A stretch of DNA of 31,348 nt from Candidatus Woesebacteria bacterium (GTDB lineage Bacteria; Patescibacteriota; Microgenomatia; UBA12405), in the NCBI GenBank assembly GCA_035350835.1, contig DAOPUX010000001.1, forward strand, positions 1 through 31,348. Reading direction: 5' to 3'. Shown piece after piece: positions 24,965 through 31,348 of the stretch. Within the stretch, counting starts at the first letter, position 1, and the number at the start of each line of letters is the position of its first letter. The notes beneath the pieces were generated by a model. That model saw only the letters and a list, made by a program, of their open reading frames with translations, was not told the origin of the DNA and searched no databases. The position numbers were made by a program, and so were the translations under genes.

Positions 24965-24973
24965 ATTTTATCA
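24965..24973 (-). promoter_or_regulatory. Extended -10 (TGaTAAAAT) 5 nt before the GT4 start at 24959
   Basis: TG-A-TAAAAT-caatt-ATG fills the 15-nt gap between two GT4 genes. Confidence 0.45.
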
Positions 24974-24974
24974 G

Positions 24975-26111
24975 CTATGACAAAACGGAGTGGTAAACTT
25001 TTAAAGTTTCTTTGGCAGTGGTCTGCCAGCTGAATTTTTTGGCAATCTCAAGACCTTTTTGACTAAGCCGGCGGCGGAGTTGCTGGGAGTGAACAATTTT
25101 TTCTATGGCTTTGGCAATACTATCGGTTGAGTTGGGGTCAATCAGGATGGCGGCTCCTTGGGAAATTTCGACCAAAGAAGAATTGTTGCTGGTAATAATG
25201 GGGACGCCAACTTTGAGCGATTTGACAACCGGCAGACCAAAACCTTCATAAAGCGAGGGGTAAGCCAGACAAATAGCGCTGGCGTGAAGTCCGACCATGT
25301 CTTTTTCGGGAATGAACCCAAGTATTTTTATGCTGAAGTCCTTGACGGTGACATCTTTGCCCCAACCATATTTGCCGGTAATGGCAAGCTGGGTTCTGGT
25401 TTTGGGATATTTTTGTTTGAATTTGAGAAAGGCATCGATAAGGCGGTCGAGATTTTTTCTAGGTTCTCTGGTTCCCTGGGCCAAAATAAAATTTTCCAAG
25501 CCATATTGTTTTTTGATGACCAACTTTTTTTTGTCTTGAGTTGGCGCGGGTAATTTTAGAAATTGACTATATTTGGATTCGGCAGATTCGTAAATAACAC
25601 TAGTTTTCTTGATATCAACTTGGGGAAAAAGTTTGAGTAAATCCGATTGGGTGTTTTGGGAAACACAGATAAGGTGGCGGCATTTTTTGACGGCCCAATA
25701 CATTTTGTGACGATGAGCATTAACAACCTTGGGTTGGTGCCACTGAGGGTATAAAAACGGGGTGAGATCATGGATGGTGGCGATAGTTTTGGCAAAAACT
25801 GTAGGAGGTTGAGTCCAATCTGAAGTATGAAAAAGGTCGCACTTGCCAATAAAAATTTCTATAGGAAAAAGTCTGAGTCGATTCCAAACAAACTGTAATA
25901 AGGTTGGCGGCAGACGGTGATGATGGATGGTGACATTAGCTTTTTGCCCCAGAATTTTGATTGATTCGGGCAAGGGCATTCTGAGAGAGGAATAAAACAG
26001 TTTGTAGTGGTTGGACTTGTCGAGATTAACTAAATTTTTAACCAAATTAAGGGTATAGTTGCTAACGCCGGTCTGGTAACAAACGGAGGAGACGTCAATG
26101 CCGATGATCAT
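24975..26111 (-). CDS. Glycosyltransferase family 4 (EX7K variant)
   Basis: MIIGIDVS, TIHDLTP, GTREPRKN and YEGFGLPVVKSLKVGVPIITSN motifs. Confidence 0.9.
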   Translation of the reverse strand: MIIGIDVSSVCYQTGVSNYTLNLVKNLVNLDKSNHYKLFYSSLRMPLPESIKILGQKANVTIHHHRLPPTLLQFVWNRLRLFPIEIFIGKCDLFHTSDWTQPPTVFAKTIATIHDLTPFLYPQWHQPKVVNAHRHKMYWAVKKCRHLICVSQNTQSDLLKLFPQVDIKKTSVIYESAESKYSQFLKLPAPTQDKKKLVIKKQYGLENFILAQGTREPRKNLDRLIDAFLKFKQKYPKTRTQLAITGKYGWGKDVTVKDFSIKILGFIPEKDMVGLHASAICLAYPSLYEGFGLPVVKSLKVGVPIITSNNSSLVEISQGAAILIDPNSTDSIAKAIEKIVHSQQLRRRLSQKGLEIAKKFSWQTTAKETLKVYHSVLS

Positions 26112-27130
26112 AAGGTGGTTTTATAATGACCATATTTTATCATTTTTTGGATTTGACGGCGTTTTTGGATCATTTTGGAGAGATTGACAATAACTTCCCC
26201 ATAGGTGCGGACAATATCAAAAGGGAGATAAAAAATAGATTTAAATTTATAAATCCTGATAGTGCTTTTTATGAGTCCAGATAAGTTTCTGAGTCTTTCT
26301 ATTGATAAGGCTAAAAAATAATCTTTAATTTCTTTTGAGGAATAATTTTTGATGATAATATAAATCCAGTTTTTAGCGTCCATACGATAACGAAAGTTTC
26401 CCATTAATTTACTGGTAGCCCCGCCCAAGTGGTAGGAAATAGCTTGGGGAACATAGATAGTCTGATAACCCAGTTTGTAAAAACGGAGACACAAATCAAC
26501 ATCTTCTTCGTAGGCAAAAAAGTCAGGATCAAACATGTCAACAGATTTAATGACTTTTTTGGGGTAAACGGCGAGAGCAGCTGAAGCCCCCCAAACAATC
26601 TTGGGAGTTTGAGGTAATTTGGAAGTAAAGTATTTTTGACCATTGGCAATGTTGTGACAGCGGCCGTTGGGGTAGAACTTCAGACCTTGAGATTCAAATT
26701 TTTGGCCGTCGCGGGTGAGAACAGTGCCAAAAAAGGTGGAAATTTTTGGGATAGTATTTTTGACGATAGCATCAGAAACAAGCTTAAACCAGTTTGATTT
26801 GAGAACGATATCATTATTCACAACAACAATATGGGAATAGTTTGAACGGTTAATGCCATAATTGACGGCAGCGGCAAAACCGGTGTTGGATGTGAGATAA
26901 CAGACTTTGGATTGTAAATTTGGTAATTTATTTTTTTGAAAAAAATTTTTGAAGATAAGAGGACTGTTGTCGTGAGAATTATTGTCAACTAGGATAATCT
27001 CAAAGGGTGTGTGGGGGCAGTTTTTGACGGCAGAAAAGATTGATTTGAGACAGTCTAAAATAAAGGCGGAACCGTTGTAATTGGGAATAACAAGAGAGTA
27101 GCTTAAGGACGGAGCGGCTTTAGGACTCAT
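26108..27130 (-). CDS. Glycosyltransferase family 2
   Basis: SLVIPNYNG, LVDNNSHD, NTGFAAAVN, VVNNDI and FDPDFFAYEEDVDLC motifs. Confidence 0.92.
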   Translation of the reverse strand: MSPKAAPSLSYSLVIPNYNGSAFILDCLKSIFSAVKNCPHTPFEIILVDNNSHDNSPLIFKNFFQKNKLPNLQSKVCYLTSNTGFAAAVNYGINRSNYSHIVVVNNDIVLKSNWFKLVSDAIVKNTIPKISTFFGTVLTRDGQKFESQGLKFYPNGRCHNIANGQKYFTSKLPQTPKIVWGASAALAVYPKKVIKSVDMFDPDFFAYEEDVDLCLRFYKLGYQTIYVPQAISYHLGGATSKLMGNFRYRMDAKNWIYIIIKNYSSKEIKDYFLALSIERLRNLSGLIKSTIRIYKFKSIFYLPFDIVRTYGEVIVNLSKMIQKRRQIQKMIKYGHYKTTL

Positions 27131-27584
27131 TGGTAACGTTGGAAAGTTGGATAATATCCCCTACTTTTAGATCAAGTTTAAAGACTTCATTGGCGTTTAG
27201 CTCGATGACATATAAAGCTGGTTGGTCGTTGGTAAAGCTTTTGAGAGAATCAGTTTCAGTAGCAGTGATAATTTTGACGACTTCAAATTTTGAGTTTAGC
27301 CAGATAATGTCCAGAGGAATTTTGGTATCTTTCATCCAAAAAGGATATTTACCTTCGCGATCAAAAACAAACAACATGCCACAGTTGGAGCAAAGATCTG
27401 TCCGGTGGGAAAGGCCGGTTTGTCGTGAAGTAAAAGTTTTGGCAACTTCGAGATAATAAGGATTACCTTTGATGATGGCGCTGACATTGTTATCAAAATT
27501 TTGAGGTTTGGCTTTTGGTCGAGAGATAAAATAGATGACGGCAGCAAAGATTAAAATGATGATTATGATAGTAATTTTTGGCAT
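27120..27584 (-). CDS. DUF192 (COG1430) protein with an N-terminal membrane anchor
   Basis: LEVAKTFTSRQTGLS, GMLFVF, FWMKDTKIPLDIIWL and YVIELNA motifs. Start may be 27584 or 27608. Confidence 0.85.
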   Translation of the reverse strand: MPKITIIIIILIFAAVIYFISRPKAKPQNFDNNVSAIIKGNPYYLEVAKTFTSRQTGLSHRTDLCSNCGMLFVFDREGKYPFWMKDTKIPLDIIWLNSKFEVVKIITATETDSLKSFTNDQPALYVIELNANEVFKLDLKVGDIIQLSNVTNES

Positions 27585-28792
27585 ATTTTTTGTCCGACTT
27601 TTGTCCATAGATAATTATTTTTAACATATTTTTTGCCATTTTGTCCAAGCTTAAAGGCGGTTTGGGGCGAGCTGACTAGTTTAATGATTTGAGAGGAGAG
27701 ATCAAGGTGGTTGTTAAGCTTAAAAGTTAAACCGCCTTTAGCACGGGAAACAAGTTCTGAAAGGGTGGCAATATTGCTGGTAATAACCGGTTTGCCCCGC
27801 GCCCAGGCTTCGATAATTACCAATCCGAAACTTTCGTGGCGTGAGGGTAGAATGAGAGTATAAGAGTTGTCAATCAAATATTTGAGGCGGGATTGGGGAA
27901 AATCAAAAATAAATTTTATTTTGGTAGAAAAAGGTTTGGGGAGAGAACTAATTTTTTGTTTGATAATGGGGTAATAAAGAGTTTTTTGGCCGGCAATAAT
28001 CAGCCGAAAATGGGGAGAATTTTTTTGGGAAATTAGATACGAAAAACTGTCGATGAGGGTATCAAGACCTTTGTGGGCAGAAATGGAGCCAATAAAAAGT
28101 AAGTTGATTGGTTGGTTTGGCTTGAGACGGTTTGGAGTTGTGGTTTTTTTGATAAAACCAGAATTAACGCCATTGCCGGCAAGGATAATTTTTTTGGGCG
28201 GAAGATGAAGATGGTGGATAAAATAATCAGTTTCGAATTGGGATAAAGTCCAGATATAGTCGGAGTGACGAAGACTGCGGATAAGCGGGAGTTGATGAAA
28301 ATCAGGATCGGAGACATGAAAGGAAGCATTAATTAAAATTTTGACCTGATGACGGGATAATTTCTTTAAAAGGTGCTTAAAAATGTGGGCATACCAAATA
28401 ATGGTAGTGGGCAGGGGGCCGGCGACAATATAGTCGGGTTTGAATTTTAAAACTGTGAAAATAGATTTTAAAAAAGGAAAAAATCGAAAGACGGGTCCTT
28501 TTTGGAAAACAGACAATAACCCGTGGAGATAAGTTTTTTGGGGGAGAAAAAGATTAATCAATTTTAGAGGTCGGCGGAGACGGTGATAAACGGGAAGTTT
28601 GATTTGGGAGGTTAGCTGGCGGGAGGGACGGTAGTTGGATTTGACAAAGTCGTCGGTGCTGGAACAATCAGAAGAAAGATAGATGGTATCAAAATTTTGA
28701 GAGGCAAAATATTGCCCTAGTTGATGAACAACTCGTGATCCCCCATCGACAGCCGGCGGAAAAATATGACTGAGAAGCAAAACCTTGACCAT
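27563..28792 (-). CDS. Glycosyltransferase family 4
   Basis: FPPAVDGG, GNGV, FIGSISAHKG and HESFGLVIIEAWARGKPVITS motifs. Confidence 0.9.
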   Translation of the reverse strand: MVKVLLLSHIFPPAVDGGSRVVHQLGQYFASQNFDTIYLSSDCSSTDDFVKSNYRPSRQLTSQIKLPVYHRLRRPLKLINLFLPQKTYLHGLLSVFQKGPVFRFFPFLKSIFTVLKFKPDYIVAGPLPTTIIWYAHIFKHLLKKLSRHQVKILINASFHVSDPDFHQLPLIRSLRHSDYIWTLSQFETDYFIHHLHLPPKKIILAGNGVNSGFIKKTTTPNRLKPNQPINLLFIGSISAHKGLDTLIDSFSYLISQKNSPHFRLIIAGQKTLYYPIIKQKISSLPKPFSTKIKFIFDFPQSRLKYLIDNSYTLILPSRHESFGLVIIEAWARGKPVITSNIATLSELVSRAKGGLTFKLNNHLDLSSQIIKLVSSPQTAFKLGQNGKKYVKNNYLWTKVGQKICQKLLS

Positions 28793-28806
28793 GTTTATTT
28801 AAGGTT

Positions 28807-28823
28807 ATTATACGTGTTATTCT
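28807..28823. promoter_or_regulatory. Divergent -10 elements: TATAAT (minus, 28812-28807) and TGtTATTCT (plus, 28815-28823)
   Basis: 42-nt divergent intergenic region with one -10-like hexamer per strand, 14 nt and 11 nt before the respective ATGs. Confidence 0.4.
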
Positions 28824-28834
28824 AGTGAATAATC

Positions 28835-29779
28835 ATGTTTAAGAAAATAATAAATTCTAAGTTGATCAAATTGGTGATATCGTCGATATTGATTTATTTT
28901 GCGTTTAAAAAAGTAGATGTAGTCTCTTTGGCAAGAGATTTGTCTAGAGTGGAGTGGTGGTTTTTGGTAGTAAACATATTAATTAGTTTAGGGTTGATGG
29001 GAATGATTTCTTGGAGATGGAGTTTACTTTTAATTAAAAATCCGACTTTTAAGGATATAATTTTGTTTTTTAAGTCGAGTTTGTCGGCAGCTTTTTATGG
29101 TTTGTTTTTGCCGTCATCGGCGGTGGCAGGAGATGCTTTGAAATGGATTATTATTGATGAAAAATACCCAGAAATTTCTAAGCCAAAATTGTTGGGATCA
29201 ATTTTGTTGGACCGGTTTGTGGGGTTGACGGTGTTTGTGGTGTTGGGATCAATAATGATTTTTTTGGCGGGAAACAAGGGAGTGGAAATACCGATGATGA
29301 TTCAGTTGGTGTTTGCGGGATTGTTGTTGGGCTGTCTGACATTTTATGTGACGATAATATTTTTTGATATAAAAAAAGTTTTTAATTTTAAGTGGCTAAA
29401 TAAATTTAGCGGTATATTGGAATTGGTAGACAAAAAAAATTTGGTTCAGATAGGTAAGTCGTTGGGAGTGTCGCTTATGAGTGATATTTTTTGGGTGCTG
29501 CAAATGTGGTTTATCGGCTGGTATTTTGGAACCGGTTTGTCGGTGGTTTCGATATTAATTTTTTTGCCGGTAATATCAACCATATTAACCCTGCCAATAT
29601 CTTTTGCCGGTTTTGGCGCCAGAGAGCAGTTGTTTGTCTATTTTTTTGGCAAGGAAGCGGTGTCAATAGAAAGCGTTTTGTTGATGTCAACGTTTGCCGG
29701 TATTTTGGGAGTGATAAATTCTTTGGTTGGCGGATTAGTAACACTGACACCAGATTTTAAACGAAGTCAGAAAAAATAA
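28835..29779 (+). CDS. UPF0104 / lysylphosphatidylglycerol-synthase-TM family flippase-like membrane protein
   Basis: SWRW-x-x-L, FYGLFLPSSAVAGDALK, SILLDRFVG and LPISFAGFGAREQ motifs; multiple TM helices. Confidence 0.8.
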   Translation: MFKKIINSKLIKLVISSILIYFAFKKVDVVSLARDLSRVEWWFLVVNILISLGLMGMISWRWSLLLIKNPTFKDIILFFKSSLSAAFYGLFLPSSAVAGDALKWIIIDEKYPEISKPKLLGSILLDRFVGLTVFVVLGSIMIFLAGNKGVEIPMMIQLVFAGLLLGCLTFYVTIIFFDIKKVFNFKWLNKFSGILELVDKKNLVQIGKSLGVSLMSDIFWVLQMWFIGWYFGTGLSVVSILIFLPVISTILTLPISFAGFGAREQLFVYFFGKEAVSIESVLLMSTFAGILGVINSLVGGLVTLTPDFKRSQKK

Positions 29780-29787
29780 TTTTGGTT

Positions 29788-29816
29788 TTGACATTTGGAT
29801 AAAAGTGTTAAATAAT
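29788..29816 (+). promoter_or_regulatory. Sigma70-type promoter for the riboswitch-metK transcript
   Basis: TTGACA (29788-29793), 17-nt spacer, AATAAT (29811-29816); about 8 nt before P1 of the riboswitch. Confidence 0.6.
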
Positions 29817-29824
29817 TAGCTTAA

Positions 29825-29930
29825 TTGTCACGAGTCCTGACGTAAGTCAGCGACAGCAACCGAGACTTGAATAAGTTCACGGTGCTTTCCTGTTTTGGGG
29901 AGACAAGCCTTTATAAATTTAAAAAAAGGA
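29825..29930 (+). promoter_or_regulatory. SAM-I/IV-type riboswitch upstream of metK
   Basis: P1 TTGTC/GACAA (29825-29/29902-06), J1/2 ACGAG, P2 CTGAC-GTAA-GTCAG, P3 core AGCAACC...GGTGCT, P4 TTCC/GGGA between GGTGC and the 3' strand of P1, and P5 CCTTT/AAAGG after P1. Downstream gene is SAM synthetase. Confidence 0.82.
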
Positions 29931-29935
29931 AAAAT

Positions 29936-31048
29936 ATGAATTACCCCGTATTTGTGTCTGAGTCGGTTTGCGCTGGTCATCCGGATAAAATTTGTGATCA
30001 AGTGTCGGATACAATTTTGGATGAAGCTTTGGTGAGAGATAAAAATGCCAGGGTGGCAGTAGAGACTTTGGCGACTTTTAATCGGCTAATAGTGGCAGGA
30101 GAAGTCAATTGTCGGCAGGGAATTGATTATGAGACTGTGGCCAGAAAAGTAATTTTGGGTTTGGGTTATGATAATGAAGATTTTGGATTTTGGCACAAAA
30201 GCCCTGTAGAAATTTTGGTTCATCAACAGTCTAGTGATATTGCTGTGGGAGTGGATAATGATGGGGCGGGTGATCAAGGAATAATGTATGGGTATGCCTG
30301 CAAGGAAACGCCAGAATTAATGCCGCTGCCGATAATGTTGTCGCATAATATTTGTCGAAAGATGGATGAACTAATGAACTCAGATTTGCCTTATCTTAGA
30401 CCTGATGGTAAGGCTGAGGTGAGCGTGGTTTATGAAAGAGGTAGACCAAAAACAGTAGAAAAGATTGTATTAGCCAAGCCTTTTGAAAAAGATTTGTCGG
30501 GCGATGAAGTCAAGAAACAGTTGCTTAAACTGGCTGTATTACCGTTGCTGGATAAATTTAGGTTGGGTGAAATTGCTGAGAATAAGGTTGTTTTTAATGG
30601 CACCGGAAGTTGGAAATTTGGTGGACCGACAAGTGATACCGGGCTAACTGGGAGAAAAATAGTAGTGGATACTTATGGGGGGATGGGAAGAATTGGAGGT
30701 GGATGTTTTTCTGGCAAAGATCCGACTAAAGTAGACCGAAGCGGAGCATATGCTGCCAGATATATAGCGAAAAATATTGTGGCGGCGGGTTTGGCTGACA
30801 GATGCGAAATCCAATTGGCTTATGCTATTGGTCAAAGAGATCCGGTGGTAAAGTCAATAGAAACTTTTGGCACCGCCAGAAAATCAGCTAGGACAATTGA
30901 GGGTTTTGGTTGGGGGCTGATGGATTTGTCGGTTAGAGGGATTATTGATAAATTTGATTTGAAACGACCAATTTATAAAAAGACAGCTAAATATGGTCAT
31001 TTTGGGGATAATAGCTATCCTTGGGAAAGCCTAGTAGAGAGTAAATGA
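29936..31048 (+). CDS. metK: S-adenosylmethionine synthetase (370 aa from the ATG at 29936)
   Basis: SESVCAGHPDK, GAGDQG, RPDGK, GLTGRKIVVDTYGG, GGGCFSGKDPTKVDRS and TAKYGHFG motifs. SD AAGGA lies 5 nt before ATG 29936. Confidence 0.96.
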   Translation: MNYPVFVSESVCAGHPDKICDQVSDTILDEALVRDKNARVAVETLATFNRLIVAGEVNCRQGIDYETVARKVILGLGYDNEDFGFWHKSPVEILVHQQSSDIAVGVDNDGAGDQGIMYGYACKETPELMPLPIMLSHNICRKMDELMNSDLPYLRPDGKAEVSVVYERGRPKTVEKIVLAKPFEKDLSGDEVKKQLLKLAVLPLLDKFRLGEIAENKVVFNGTGSWKFGGPTSDTGLTGRKIVVDTYGGMGRIGGGCFSGKDPTKVDRSGAYAARYIAKNIVAAGLADRCEIQLAYAIGQRDPVVKSIETFGTARKSARTIEGFGWGLMDLSVRGIIDKFDLKRPIYKKTAKYGHFGDNSYPWESLVESK

Positions 31049-31054
31049 TAAAAT
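31046..31054 (+). promoter_or_regulatory. Possible extended -10 (TGaTAAAAT) for galE, overlapping the metK stop codon
   Basis: Same TG-n-TAAAAT motif seen upstream of the T-box and of the GT4 at 24959. Confidence 0.3.
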
Positions 31055-31085
31055 TAAACAGTTATTTATTTTTTTTAAATAAAAA

Positions 31086-31348
31086 ATGATTTTAATTGTC
31101 GGCGGGGCCGGATATATCGGTTCTACAGTTAACAAAGAGTTAAGTAAAAAAGATTATAAGACGGTAGTGTTTGACAATTTGTCGACTGGGAAAAAAGAGC
31201 TGGTCAAATGGGGTGAATTTTTTGAAGGTGATTTGGGAAAAATTGATGATATTCGGGCGGTATTTAAAAAGTATCCGATTGAGGCGGTGCTACATTTTGC
31301 GGCGTTTAAGGCGGTAGGAGAATCAGTGACTGACCCGCAAAAATATTA
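31086..31348 (+). CDS. galE: UDP-glucose 4-epimerase GalE, 5' part only (runs off the window edge)
   Basis: Hand translation: MILIVGGAGYIGSTV...VFDNLSTG...EGDL...VLHFAAFKAVGESVTDPQKY. Confidence 0.92.
   Translation, partial: MILIVGGAGYIGSTVNKELSKKDYKTVVFDNLSTGKKELVKWGEFFEGDLGKIDDIRAVFKKYPIEAVLHFAAFKAVGESVTDPQKY

Noticed and set aside
31061-31082. AT-only hairpin TTATTTA/TAAATAA between metK and galE as a terminator
   Set aside because: It has no G-C pairs and no following U-tract; too weak to call.
1-31348. CRISPR arrays, IS elements, integrases, tRNA/rRNA genes, and UGA recoding (code 25)
   Set aside because: No regularly spaced repeats, transposase motifs or cloverleaf/rRNA signatures were seen. 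TGA ends metK and several ATGA-coupled genes with no sign of read-through.

Overview
Bacterial cell-envelope region using genetic code 11 (TGA is a stop). Gene content, compact overlapping genes and divergent proteins suggest a Patescibacteria/CPR, Microgenomates-like genome (inference; no database search was run). Bases 1-28792 are one minus-strand block. It starts with a surface-glycan locus: 6 GT4, 3 GT2, a monotopic phosphoglycosyl transferase, ManC, an acetyltransferase, a Wzy/O-antigen-ligase-like protein, DUF192 and DUF4012. It continues with recO, an AT-rich GT-C/NTF2 fusion gene, and a tightly coupled run glyQS - lipoprotein - rsmH - ftsL-like - ftsI - murE - ATE/Bpt-like transferase - Mpl/MurC-like ligase - murA - mraY (partial). 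The plus strand carries a UPF0104 flippase-like gene, metK behind a SAM-I/IV-type riboswitch, and partial galE. Best candidates for novelty: (1) a minimal glycine T-box (about 110 nt plus sequestrator) with the GGC specifier in the apical loop of a 35-nt Stem I, no Stem II and an SD-sequestering hairpin, heading glyQS and the dcw genes; (2) a Cys-motif-less ATE/Bpt-type tRNA-dependent aminoacyl transferase in the murF slot, next to a MurE lacking the meso-DAP DNPR motif, suggesting a non-Fem route to peptidoglycan side-chain aminoacylation; (3) a GT-C glycosyltransferase fused to a PBP2a/MecA_N-like domain; (4) LCP-like motifs in DUF4012. No tRNA, rRNA, CRISPR array or transposase was recognised. 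All family assignments come from motif recognition by eye.
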